A stretch of 64,000 nt of DNA from an uncultured Candidatus Saccharibacteria bacterium (GCA_964495685.1 CAZBVQ010000002.1:38790-102789); one strand, 5' to 3'. Positions 39,333 through 48,483 are shown, counted from the first letter of the stretch. Numbers and translations are program-made. Notes: generated from the letters alone by a model not told the origin.

Positions 39333-39821
39333 TTATTTTTTCAGTAAAGCATCCCTTAGATTAGCAATTAACGTCATCTTTCCTCTGTTATCAGACAAGA
39401 GATAACCAGCATATTTCAACTCATTAAAACGACCATGCGCAACATGATTTCTAAGATCTTGGACCTGTCGCATAAGCTTAATAAATGGATCATTTTTCTC
39501 GGTATGCAATTCCTCAATAATTTTAATTTTTTCACCGAAATGAAGTTTTGAAATTATTATTTCCATAGCTTCTTTACGTGCACCCACATAAACTTCTGGT
39601 TCAATAATCAGTGATTCCGCTTCCCGCTCAACGAAATATGCAATCCAGAATACAAAATCAACCGCATCAAATTGATCATTTGATAATGAGAACCGCTCGC
39701 GCACCATTTTTTTAGCAATGTCTTTTTCGAGGCCACTAAAATCAATTCCATACTTGGCAGCGAACTTAATCAAGTCTGCAGGATTTCCATCTACAATTTT
39801 CTTTAATTCCTCTTCTGTCAT
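39333..39821 (-). CDS. hypothetical protein with a C-terminal HEPN-like R-x4-H motif (LRNHVAHGRF, HepT/DUF86-like)
   Basis: Motif read directly. The ORF start overlaps the uvrB 3' end by about 56 nt. An internal ATG at 39707 (MVRERF) would avoid the overlap. Confidence 0.35.
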   Translation of the reverse strand: MTEEELKKIVDGNPADLIKFAAKYGIDFSGLEKDIAKKMVRERFSLSNDQFDAVDFVFWIAYFVEREAESLIIEPEVYVGARKEAMEIIISKLHFGEKIKIIEELHTEKNDPFIKLMRQVQDLRNHVAHGRFNELKYAGYLLSDNRGKMTLIANLRDALLKK

Positions 39822-41913
39822 TTTTTAAGCTATTATTTCTCTTCCCCACCCCCTTCTCCTTCTTAGCCTTTTTTACTTCAGCAGCACTCCTCCTCTCCAA
39901 CTCAATCAACTCATCCCGTATAAGTGCCGCCGTCTCGAAATCCAACATCTTCACCGCCTCCTCCATAGCCTCCTGCTTCTGCTTCATCAGCAACTTGGGA
40001 TTGGTGCGCGCCAGTTCTTCATCGAGCTTCACGAGCTCATTCACGGCCTTATCATGCTCGGTGCGCAACTGATCGGTAATATCATGAATGGCCTTCTTGA
40101 TGGTCTGGGGGGTGATGCCATGCTCAGTATTGTAGGCAATTTGGAGAGCTCGTCGACGGTTGGTCTCCTTGATGGCATTGTCCATGGAGCCGGTGAGGTT
40201 GTCGGCATAAAGGATGACACGACCAGCAGCGTTACGAGCGGCACGACCGATGGTCTGGATGAGTGAAGTTTCGGAGCGCAGGAATCCTTCCTTGTCAGCA
40301 TCGAGGATACCGATGAGCGACACCTCGGGCAGGTCGAGTCCTTCACGCAGGAGATTGACGCCGACGAGGATGTCGTACTTCCCTTTGCGGAAATCGGTGA
40401 GAATAGTGATGCGCTCGATGGTCTTGACGTCACTGTGGAGATAGGCGGCCTTGATGTTTTTCTCCTTGAGAAACTCAGAAAGATCCTCGGCCATTTTCTT
40501 GGTCAAGGTCGTCGCCAAGACACGATCACCTTTGGCGATGGTCTTCTCCGCTTCATCGATGAAGTCGAAGATTTGACCTTTGTAATTGCCAGACTCCCGT
40601 ATCGGTCGTATCTCGACGATAGGATCAGTGAGCCCCGTCGGACGAATGACTTGCTCTGCCACCTGCTTACTCATTTCCTTCTCATACTTCCCTGGTGTCG
40701 CTGAGGTAAAAATCATCGGACCCACACGCTCCAAGAATTCATCGAACTTGAGTGGTCGGTTATCTTTTGCACTCGGCAGACGGAATCCATGTTCCACCAA
40801 CGTATTCTTGCGCGATGCATCACCGGCATACATACCATTGAGTTGCGGAATGGTCACATGCGATTCATCGACAATGGTGAGGAAGTCCGCCACCATCTTG
40901 CCTGTCTTGGGATCTTTCTTTTTAGGGAAATAGGACAGAAGCGTATCTGGTGGTTCGCCCGGCATCATTCCCGAGAAATGACGTGAGTAGTTCTCGATAC
41001 CGTTGGTGTAGCCAATTTCTTTGATCATCGAGAGATCGTACTTCACGCGGCGCTTGAGGCGCTCGGCTTCGAGCATCTTGCCAGCTTTCTCAAGCTCTTT
41101 GAGTCGCGCGACCAATTCTGCCTGAATAGTTTTGTACGCACGCTCACTCTGCTCATCAGTCGAGATGAAGTGCTTGGCCGGAAATATGAAAACGGTTTCG
41201 TGAGTGGCGCGTACCGATCGTGAGACTGGATCAAGTTCAGTGATAGTAGAAATGGCACTGCCTTCATATTCCAGACGATAAATAGTCTTCTCATTCACCG
41301 GCATAATCTCGATAGTATTACCGATGGCACGGAAATTGCCCGAATTGACATCGGCCGTGGTGCGCTCGAAATGAATGTCGATGAGTTTACGGATAAGTTC
41401 GGCACGCGAGAGTTCCATGCCAACTTTGAGTTTGAGATTCACTTTCTCGTATTCTTCAGGACTACCCAAACCATATATGCAAGAAACCGATGCCACGATG
41501 ATGACATCTTTCCTGGTGAGAAGTGCCTGCGTCGATGCGTGGCGCAATCGCTCGATCTCCTCGTTGATCATGGCCTCCTTTTCTATGTACGTATCGCTGG
41601 AAGGAATGTAAGCCTCAGGCTGATAGTAGTCATAGTACGAAACGAAGTAATGCACGGCATTGTTGGGGAAAAATTCGCGGTACTCCTGGGCGAGCTGAGC
41701 TGCCAGCGTCTTGTTGTGAGCAATGACGAGTGTTGGTTTGCCATACTGCGCGATGACATTGGCGGCGGTGAATGTTTTGCCGGAGCCGGTCACGCCGAGG
41801 AGGGTCTGCGGATCAAGACCCTTTTTGAGCCCCTCCACCAACGCAGAAATAGCCCGAGGCTGATCGCCGGCGGGTGTGAGGGTGGTTGCGAGTTTGAAGG
41901 GTGAAGAGCTCAT
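39766..41913 (-). CDS. uvrB: excinuclease ABC subunit B
   Basis: TPAGDQPRAI, GVTGSGKTFT Walker A, helicase motifs, and a C-terminal UVR motif (FETAALIRDELIELE) followed by a basic tail of about 45 aa. Start set at MSSSPFKL. Confidence 0.95.
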   Translation of the reverse strand: MSSSPFKLATTLTPAGDQPRAISALVEGLKKGLDPQTLLGVTGSGKTFTAANVIAQYGKPTLVIAHNKTLAAQLAQEYREFFPNNAVHYFVSYYDYYQPEAYIPSSDTYIEKEAMINEEIERLRHASTQALLTRKDVIIVASVSCIYGLGSPEEYEKVNLKLKVGMELSRAELIRKLIDIHFERTTADVNSGNFRAIGNTIEIMPVNEKTIYRLEYEGSAISTITELDPVSRSVRATHETVFIFPAKHFISTDEQSERAYKTIQAELVARLKELEKAGKMLEAERLKRRVKYDLSMIKEIGYTNGIENYSRHFSGMMPGEPPDTLLSYFPKKKDPKTGKMVADFLTIVDESHVTIPQLNGMYAGDASRKNTLVEHGFRLPSAKDNRPLKFDEFLERVGPMIFTSATPGKYEKEMSKQVAEQVIRPTGLTDPIVEIRPIRESGNYKGQIFDFIDEAEKTIAKGDRVLATTLTKKMAEDLSEFLKEKNIKAAYLHSDVKTIERITILTDFRKGKYDILVGVNLLREGLDLPEVSLIGILDADKEGFLRSETSLIQTIGRAARNAAGRVILYADNLTGSMDNAIKETNRRRALQIAYNTEHGITPQTIKKAIHDITDQLRTEHDKAVNELVKLDEELARTNPKLLMKQKQEAMEEAVKMLDFETAALIRDELIELERRSAAEVKKAKKEKGVGKRNNSLKNDRRGIKENCRWKSCRLD

Positions 41914-42085
41914 GAACATCAATAAGAATGTCACATTTTGGGAAGTAAGAATACTTGACTTATAACTATATAATATGTTATAATCGTGAAGTAAGCTCAT
42001 TGAGATCACCGAGTCAAGTTCACTTCAGGAATTGGTCCCTCCATGGTGAAGGGGTCAAAACTGTAGTGAACAAGTTGAAAACAAT

Positions 42086-42484
42086 ATGAACACGATAAAA
42101 AGTTCCTTCGTATGGATAGCTGGGCTGATCCTCGTCAGCATCACACTCGTCGGTTTTATCAAATTGGTCAACTGGTCCGGTAAAGAGAGCCGGAGACACT
42201 TCGATGAAACCCACCTGACCATTAATGATGGTATCGGGTACCACGTTGAACGCAAGGACGGAGGTATCGCCGATCTGAAAGGTTGGCGCGTACATAGTAA
42301 TTGCCCGAGCGTCCTGGGCGATCTGAATCTGCTCGTGATCACGAACAGTGGTCGAGTAGCTCAGGTATTCACAGGAAAACCTATCGAACCCGGGACGAAA
42401 GTGTTAATTAAGGGCATCACGCACAAGGTCGTCTCGACGGCGGTAGGTGAGATCAGCTTCCTAACCGCTGAAGTGGCGAAGTAA
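42086..42484 (+). CDS. hypothetical N-terminally membrane-anchored protein
   Basis: 132 aa with a signal/TM segment. No family recognised. Confidence 0.4.
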   Translation: MNTIKSSFVWIAGLILVSITLVGFIKLVNWSGKESRRHFDETHLTINDGIGYHVERKDGGIADLKGWRVHSNCPSVLGDLNLLVITNSGRVAQVFTGKPIEPGTKVLIKGITHKVVSTAVGEISFLTAEVAK

Positions 42485-42490
42485 CCCAAT

Positions 42491-42533
42491 AGCGCATCGT
42501 CCCCTCCCGGGCGGTGCGCTGGTTTTTTATATC
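42491..42533 (+). terminator. terminator module AGCGCATCGTCCCCTCCCGGGCGGTGCGCTGGTTTTTTATATC (copy 1)
   Basis: Stem GCGCAUCG / CGGUGCGC with a T-run. An almost identical copy is at 43066-43108. Confidence 0.6.
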
Positions 42534-42625
42534 AAAGTGTTTTACCACATGTTGACAAGAAATAAACCGTATGATTATATTCAACTAAACAACAGCAACA
42601 CAAACCGAAAACCTATCTCTGCCCT

Positions 42626-43054
42626 ATGAAAAGATCACAGCTCATCCTCACTATGGGTGGCCCTATGCCAGTCGAAAGTCTCAGCAACTTGTGCAGTGCC
42701 CTGATGACCATCATGAGTGCAACTGAGGAATGGCTTGAGGGGTGCGCGTCCACCGATTCATCAATGACCATAATCTGGCAGGTGGTCGCCAAAAGACCCG
42801 GCGCCGCAAGTTGCCAAGTATTTATCACTGAGCTATCTGGCTCGTGCATCTTGGGCAATTTGAGTCAGTATGGACAACACGCGCTATCCACTTCTGAACG
42901 TGTCGTCCTGGCCACTCATGGATTCGAGATCACCAACATGAAAGCGGCACCAGGTAAAACTTCGGCAAGCACTGGAATCGGCGAAAAGCTTACCGCCCAA
43001 AAACTTGCTGATATTCTCAATGCACAAGTCCTTAAGAAAAAATATGCTTCCTAG
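42626..43054 (+). CDS. hypothetical protein
   Basis: 142 aa ORF followed by the duplicated terminator module. No SD and no family. Weak. Confidence 0.3.
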   Translation: MKRSQLILTMGGPMPVESLSNLCSALMTIMSATEEWLEGCASTDSSMTIIWQVVAKRPGAASCQVFITELSGSCILGNLSQYGQHALSTSERVVLATHGFEITNMKAAPGKTSASTGIGEKLTAQKLADILNAQVLKKKYAS

Positions 43055-43065
43055 ACGCGTCCATC

Positions 43066-43108
43066 AAGCGCATCGTTCCCTCCCGGGCGGTGCGCTGGTT
43101 TTTTATAT
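43066..43108 (+). terminator. terminator module (copy 2, one mismatch relative to copy 1)
   Basis: AGCGCATCGTTCCCTCCCGGGCGGTGCGCTGGTTTTTTATATC. Confidence 0.6.
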
Positions 43109-43263
43109 CCCGCTTCGCTTCCTCCTCCGCTAAAGCTACAGAGGACAAGCAAGTTTCGCAGGACAAACAAAAAACCGCGCGCCATTCCAGAAATTCTGGA
43201 GTTGCGGCGCGCGGAATCAAGTCGCCATCGGCGGATCACGGTCCGCCATTAATAGCGACAAAA

Positions 43264-43860
43264 CTACAACCCAGGGTCACCATCAGTGAAGACCTCGACC
43301 CATTCCGAACCATTGAATCGGCATTGGAACCGTCCAGTGGCATGAGCGCATGGGCGCCAGCCACTAGAGCCGACGACTCGCTCTGCCAATTCGAAGCCAT
43401 GTTCGCTCGAATAGGCCTCACCCGGCGGCAATGTTTGGAGTTGGAGTGGTAGCGGCAATTCTTGTGCCGCACGCAATGAGTGTAATGCGTTGACTGCTTG
43501 TAATCCTTGAATACGTGATGCCATATATTTTCTTTCAACTTTTGGTTTGACCGGAATATCGTAGACGGGAAGACGCCGATGTACCGTAGGGATCAAGTTG
43601 AGGTTCCCTGACACGTACACACGACGCCTCCCGCCAAAAGTGTTATTGAGTGCCACGACCAACAAGGTGTTGGTCTTCCTGCTGAGCGCCGACTGTCGTA
43701 GGCGAGATTTCTCCAGGAGATAAAGGATGGAGTTCCCACTGACCGCGCCGACGAATAAATCGACGGCCGTCCAGCGTCCACCCGTGCCTGCCTCGGTTTG
43801 AGTTCCTGAGTAGCAGATAGCCACCTTCAGTTGGTTTTTTGGTGGCATACAACTGCGCAC
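43264..43860 (-). CDS. hypothetical ORF in a GC-richer, poorly coding region
   Basis: 198 codons with a GTG start. No recognisable family. Overlapping ORFs on both strands. Low confidence that it is a real gene. Confidence 0.2.
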   Translation of the reverse strand: MRSCMPPKNQLKVAICYSGTQTEAGTGGRWTAVDLFVGAVSGNSILYLLEKSRLRQSALSRKTNTLLVVALNNTFGGRRRVYVSGNLNLIPTVHRRLPVYDIPVKPKVERKYMASRIQGLQAVNALHSLRAAQELPLPLQLQTLPPGEAYSSEHGFELAERVVGSSGWRPCAHATGRFQCRFNGSEWVEVFTDGDPGL

Positions 43861-44161
43861 CGTCAGGAGTCATCGTACGATGATTGATCATGATGATAGG
43901 AGGGGGTTGTAGTTGTGGAAGAACTGTATTTCATCTTCATTCCTCGAGCACACGCTCGAGGATAGACGAAACCGGGCTCCTTTCGTTTGGAGCCCGTCGC
44001 TGTAACTAATTGAGAGAATTCGTTACAAAGACTGACTCCAAACACGTGCCCAGGTAATAAGCACGCGTGAAGTTGATGTCATCTTTGTAAAGTGGCAATT
44101 CATATGTTGTATACAAAATGGTAGCACTGCCACCAAAAAATGCAAGGAGTTATACACAGTA

Positions 44162-44192
44162 TAAAAAGGGGGGATCTGCTGCCAGACCCCCC
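44162..44192 (-). terminator. minus-strand terminator GGGGGGTCTG-GCAG-CAGATCCCCCC followed by a U-run
   Basis: Read on the minus strand, about 270 nt downstream of the tktC stop. Confidence 0.5.
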
Positions 44193-44455
44193 GTGTTCGC
44201 ACCTGACCGATCAATGATGTAGATGGTGCCGATCTTCAACTATCGCATCCCCAACACGTTCTGTAGTACGACGGAAAGGGTGTACCACGGATTGTCGTAA
44301 CTCCAGTTCGAGTTGTTCCTGACCAGTAACGTTCCCAAAGAAACTCAGGAATGATCCTCTTTGGCCGTAGAACTGACCGTCCATACACTCGCGATTGCGA
44401 GGTCTGACTTCATCAATCGTACAGAAGCTATTATATGACTCTTATTATTGATTGT

Positions 44456-45523
44456 CTACTTCCTCAACATCACCCTCTGAGCCGCCGCATATATATCCTT
44501 TTCGCCCATACCATAGTGTTCGATAAGCTCATCCGGCTTCCCTGTCTGACCAAACTGATTTTTAACACCAACAAATTCTATCGGCACAGGAAAATGTGCA
44601 GCCAAACATTCTGCTACCGCTGATCCCAGCCCTCCAGCAATCTGATGCTCTTCAACGGTAACAATTCCGCGAGTCTCATGAGCGAGTTTGATAACCGCAT
44701 GTTCGTCGAGCGGTTTGATCGTATGCACATTGAGCACTATTACTTCCTTCCCTTCTTCTTCCAGCTTCTGTGCGACCTTGAGTGCCTTGAACAAGAGTGC
44801 GCCTGTAGCGATGATGCCGACAGATTGTTTACTATTTTGTATGTTGAATTTGGAATTTGTTTCGGATTTTCCTCCGTCGGTACGCCCCGCTGGGCGCGTA
44901 CTTCGAATTTCGGATTTAAATACTATCTGCACCTTCCCTATCTCAAATGGCGTATCTTCGGTGGTAATTATCGGTGTCTTCTCGCGAGCTAGACGAATAT
45001 AGGTCGGGTCTGGAGTTTTCGCAGCAGCCAGAGTCGCCTTCTTGGCTTGAATGGCATCACAGGGTGAAATGACTACCATGCGCGGCAAGACACGGGTGAT
45101 GGCGATATCTTCGAGTGCTTGGTGACTTCCCCCATCGGGACCCACGGAAACACCTGCGTGTGAACCAGCAATCTTGACCGGCTGATTGTTGTAACAAATA
45201 GTCGTGCGAATCTGTTCCCAATTCCTGCCTGGACTGAAAACGGCGTATGAACTGACGAATGGGATTTTACCCATAGCGGCCATTCCAGATGCGACACTGA
45301 CCAGATTTTGTTCAGCCACACCGATCTCCACGAATCGTTCTGGGAATTTCTCTTTGAACTTCAACATCTGCGTCGACTCTGTAAGGTCTGCGCATAGACC
45401 GACAATATTCTTGTCCATTTCAGCCGCCTTCAAAAGCCCTTCACCAAATCCTTTACGAATAGGAACTTGCTCGACTGCTGGGTCGAAGAGTTTTTGATTG
45501 AGTTTGAGGGAGGGGTTGAGCAT
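44456..45523 (-). CDS. transketolase, C-terminal (pyrimidine-binding) subunit, with an in-frame insertion
   Basis: Transketolase C-terminal half (VAEQNLVSVASGMA...HTIKPLD). It carries a roughly 27-aa insertion (RSTRPAGRTDGGKSETNSKFNIQNSKQ) encoded by repeat DNA at 44846-44920. Confidence 0.85.
   Translation of the reverse strand: MLNPSLKLNQKLFDPAVEQVPIRKGFGEGLLKAAEMDKNIVGLCADLTESTQMLKFKEKFPERFVEIGVAEQNLVSVASGMAAMGKIPFVSSYAVFSPGRNWEQIRTTICYNNQPVKIAGSHAGVSVGPDGGSHQALEDIAITRVLPRMVVISPCDAIQAKKATLAAAKTPDPTYIRLAREKTPIITTEDTPFEIGKVQIVFKSEIRSTRPAGRTDGGKSETNSKFNIQNSKQSVGIIATGALLFKALKVAQKLEEEGKEVIVLNVHTIKPLDEHAVIKLAHETRGIVTVEEHQIAGGLGSAVAECLAAHFPVPIEFVGVKNQFGQTGKPDELIEHYGMGEKDIYAAAQRVMLRK
44846..44920. 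repeat. repeat element inside tktC: GAATTTG/CGGATTT heptamers flanking a GC hairpin (GTACGCC...GGCGCGTAC); shares TTCGAATTTCGGATTT with the uvrC array
   Basis: Read directly. Confidence 0.8.
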
Positions 45524-45918
45524 TAATTTTTCAAATCAATATTCATAGGAGTTACCTGGTAGGAAGGATTCTGTGGATACTGATATGGTGGCGGAGCACA
45601 ACAAGTTTGGAACGTTCTGGTCATTTGATACACAAAAAATCCTCCATAGATAATCATAAGCACGAGTATGAACCAGAATAATCCACTTTTATGTTCTGGT
45701 TTAAATTGATAACGCCTCTTCAAGATCATATACACAACAAGCAAAATGATATCTACACAAACAACAATCCAGAATAGCCAGAGGAAGCCATCAGGATAGA
45801 ACGAACTATACGTTATAAGTTTTTCAAGCGAATTGTTTTGTATTATGAGAATGATTATCCATGGCAAAATTACTAGAACAGTATTTATTGTTAAAAGGGT
45901 TTTGCGTAATTTATTCAT
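45523..45918 (-). CDS. hypothetical multi-TM membrane protein encoded between the two transketolase halves
   Basis: 131 aa, very hydrophobic, with a Pro/Tyr/Gln-rich C-terminus. Confidence 0.45.
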   Translation of the reverse strand: MNKLRKTLLTINTVLVILPWIIILIIQNNSLEKLITYSSFYPDGFLWLFWIVVCVDIILLVVYMILKRRYQFKPEHKSGLFWFILVLMIIYGGFFVYQMTRTFQTCCAPPPYQYPQNPSYQVTPMNIDLKN

Positions 45919-45924
45919 AGTAAT

Positions 45925-46806
45925 TTAATTATGATGTGGGCTCTTAATCCTACCCCCAAGCGTCCTCACACCCTCGAGCGCCTTCCTCGCCGTCTCTATC
46001 TCCTCCGGAGTCGTCGGTGGCTTACCATGCCATTCGAACTTACGTTCAAATGCTGGCACACCCTTCGAGGCAATGGTATTGGCAATAATAACTGACGGCT
46101 TATCAAACACCGCCTGCGCCTGACCTATAGCCGCATCTATAGCGCGGAAATTGTGACCATCAATCTCCTGCACATGCCAATTCCAGGCACGCCATTTGTC
46201 GGCCAATGGATTGAGCGGCATGATATCTTCGGTGAATCCATCTATCTGAATATTGTTGCGATCGATGATAGCAGTGAGATTTTGTAGTTTCTCTTTGCCC
46301 GCAAGCATGGCACCTTCCCAGCTGTTGCCTGCATTGAGTTCCCCGTCACTCATCAGACAGTAGAATTGTTTGCCTGAGGTCTTGCCATTGTCGATCCTAT
46401 CCGCCAGTGCCATACCAACTGTTTGTGACAAACCTGAACCGAGCGGACCCGATGATGTCTCTAGTCCCGGCAACCATTCACGATGAGGGTGTCCCTGTAA
46501 TTTTGAACCGAACTTCCTTAGTGTCTTCAATTCTGATACAGGAAAATAGCCGGCGTGCGCCATAGTGGCATACAAGACGGGTGCGATGTGGCCATTGGAA
46601 AGCACGACACGATCGCGATACGACCAGTCAGGCTTCTTGGGATCATGCTTGAGCGCATGGAAATAGAGATAGGTGAAAATATCAGCCATGTCGAGCGGAC
46701 CGGCGGTGTGGCCAGAACCAGCTTCGATGAGTGACTCGAGAATAGAGCGACGGATGTCCAGCGCCTTCTTTTCGAGGAGTTTTACCTTGTCATCGGTGAG
46801 GGACAT
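45925..46806 (-). CDS. transketolase, N-terminal (TPP-binding) subunit
   Basis: GSGHTAGPLDMADI...GHPH...GPLGSGLSQTVGMA motifs of the transketolase N-terminal half. Start set at MSLTDDK. Confidence 0.85.
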   Translation of the reverse strand: MSLTDDKVKLLEKKALDIRRSILESLIEAGSGHTAGPLDMADIFTYLYFHALKHDPKKPDWSYRDRVVLSNGHIAPVLYATMAHAGYFPVSELKTLRKFGSKLQGHPHREWLPGLETSSGPLGSGLSQTVGMALADRIDNGKTSGKQFYCLMSDGELNAGNSWEGAMLAGKEKLQNLTAIIDRNNIQIDGFTEDIMPLNPLADKWRAWNWHVQEIDGHNFRAIDAAIGQAQAVFDKPSVIIANTIASKGVPAFERKFEWHGKPPTTPEEIETARKALEGVRTLGGRIKSPHHN

Positions 46807-46851
46807 TACTACATAAGTATACCACAAGCAGCATCACCACTATCTCGATTT

Positions 46852-47511
46852 TTACCTAACCGCCTTGAACCTCTGTATCGCTTCCAAATAGTTATCTGCA
46901 TTGAAAATAGCTGAGCCGACCACAAGACGAGTAGCTCCAGCGTCGACCAACTGCTTTGCATTATCGAGTGACACACCACCATCCACCGATATAATCATAC
47001 CTGGATAAGCTGCGCGCACTTCTCGGATCTTATCAATCACTTTGGTATCAAACGGCTGATGTTGAAATCCCACAGTATCAATACCCATAAGCTGAATGAA
47101 TGTCACCGCACCTTCTGGAATATCCTTGACTGGTGTTTCGATATTGAACGCCAGCCCGACTTCGACACGCCCCTTGAGTATCTCGATTGCTTTTCTGACA
47201 TCTCCTTTTGCCTCAGCATGAATGATGATCCGTGTCGCACCTGCCTGTACCCAATTTTCGACGACTTCTTCTGGCCGATTTGCCATCAGATCTATCTCGA
47301 AATTGAGCTTCTGCCAACCAGGTAGACCATCTTCCTCAGTGATGATTCTTTCGAATGAGTCGTCATGCTTACGATACGGCCAACTCGGTTGTGGCGTGAA
47401 CTGCCCGTCACAGACATCTATCTGCACCGTTTTGACAAAATCCTTAATAAGCTCCACTTTTTCTTGGAGCTCTGCGAAATCTTTGGGAAGTATGGCGGGA
47501 ATTAGTTCCAT
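46852..47511 (-). CDS. rpe: ribulose-phosphate 3-epimerase
   Basis: IPAILPKDFAELQEKV...IDVCDGQF and a TIM-barrel Rpe pattern. Confidence 0.88.
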   Translation of the reverse strand: MELIPAILPKDFAELQEKVELIKDFVKTVQIDVCDGQFTPQPSWPYRKHDDSFERIITEEDGLPGWQKLNFEIDLMANRPEEVVENWVQAGATRIIIHAEAKGDVRKAIEILKGRVEVGLAFNIETPVKDIPEGAVTFIQLMGIDTVGFQHQPFDTKVIDKIREVRAAYPGMIISVDGGVSLDNAKQLVDAGATRLVVGSAIFNADNYLEAIQRFKAVR

Positions 47512-47518
47512 GACATTT

Positions 47519-47533
47519 CTAGGCCGGGCCTAG
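47519..47533. repeat. copy of CTAGGCCGGGCCTAG in the 25-nt spacer between rpiB and rpe
   Basis: Identical 15-mer, 5 nt from the rpiB stop and about 7 nt from the rpe start. Confidence 0.9.
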
Positions 47534-47536
47534 GAA

Positions 47537-48004
47537 TTATTCAATCGCATCTATCTGTTCAATCCGTCTCTGGTGTCTCTCATCTCCACTGAAAGGTGTA
47601 CTCAACCAAACTCCCACAGCATCACATGCTCCATCTGCATCGACATATCGCGCACCTATGGAAAGTACATTGGCATCATTGTGCTCGCGTGACTTCTTCA
47701 GGATATCCTGATCCCCACCATACCAGACCGCAGCACGGACTCCGGGGAAGCGATTGGCGACCATGGCTTCACCCTGCCCTGATGCACCGAAAATGATGGC
47801 TTTGGTATTCCCGGTAATATCTTCGGCGACTTTGAGCGCAGCGGCCGACATGAAAACGGGATAATCATCGCCGTCTACCAGCTCATGCGCCCCCACGTCG
47901 AGAACGGTGTACATATCTGCATGTTCACGTGCCAGAAATGCTTTGACGGCTTCTTTGGCGGCGAAACCAGCGTGATCGGAGGCGAGGATGATAGTGGTGT
48001 TCAT
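47537..48004 (-). CDS. rpiB: ribose-5-phosphate isomerase B
   Basis: MNTTIILASDHAGF and an RpiB/LacAB fold of 155 aa. Confidence 0.88.
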   Translation of the reverse strand: MNTTIILASDHAGFAAKEAVKAFLAREHADMYTVLDVGAHELVDGDDYPVFMSAAALKVAEDITGNTKAIIFGASGQGEAMVANRFPGVRAAVWYGGDQDILKKSREHNDANVLSIGARYVDADGACDAVGVWLSTPFSGDERHQRRIEQIDAIE

Positions 48005-48103
48005 GCCCCTATCTTAGCACACTAGTTTTCTTTTTGTTCACCAACTAATAGAGCCCCCGAGACGATCGTCACAGCAAGCATTCCAGGCGTAGCTACCTAT
48101 AAC

Positions 48104-48478
48104 CTATTGATTTGGATACCTAACATTTGAAGTAGACGTATCATTCACATAAACTGTCGCTGGTTTTTCTAGTCGATTACAACGTCTGCCGAGAGATAAT
48201 TGCAGATCGCAATTAGTACCGAAAACATATACGGCTCCAACTGATACCAGAATAATTACTACAAATGTCACGCTTCTAATCGTGAGACTCTGAATAGCGA
48301 AAATCAAATGACCGATAAGCCAGGCCAAAAATAAAGCCAGAAACGGTGACAACAAGAATACTGGTATCAAAAACTCTCCACCATCTGTTACTTGGTCCGA
48401 GATAAGAATCAAAACAACCGCACTGAGAGCAAAAGCTGGTAACAAACCAATAACTACTCGCTTAAAGATATTTGTCAT
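48104..48478 (-). CDS. hypothetical multi-TM membrane protein
   Basis: 124 aa, hydrophobic. Preceded by conserved leader element copy 1. Confidence 0.45.
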   Translation of the reverse strand: MTNIFKRVVIGLLPAFALSAVVLILISDQVTDGGEFLIPVFLLSPFLALFLAWLIGHLIFAIQSLTIRSVTFVVIILVSVGAVYVFGTNCDLQLSLGRRCNRLEKPATVYVNDTSTSNVRYPNQ

Positions 48479-48483
48479 GTTTT

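Noticed and set aside
43264-43860. Patatin-like or ClpP-like reading of the 198-aa ORF (GTGGRW ... GAVSGNS)
   Set aside because: Motif order and spacing do not fit patatin (GGGxRG followed about 30 aa later by GxSxG) or any family I can place. It is left as a hypothetical ORF in a probably non-coding or decayed region.
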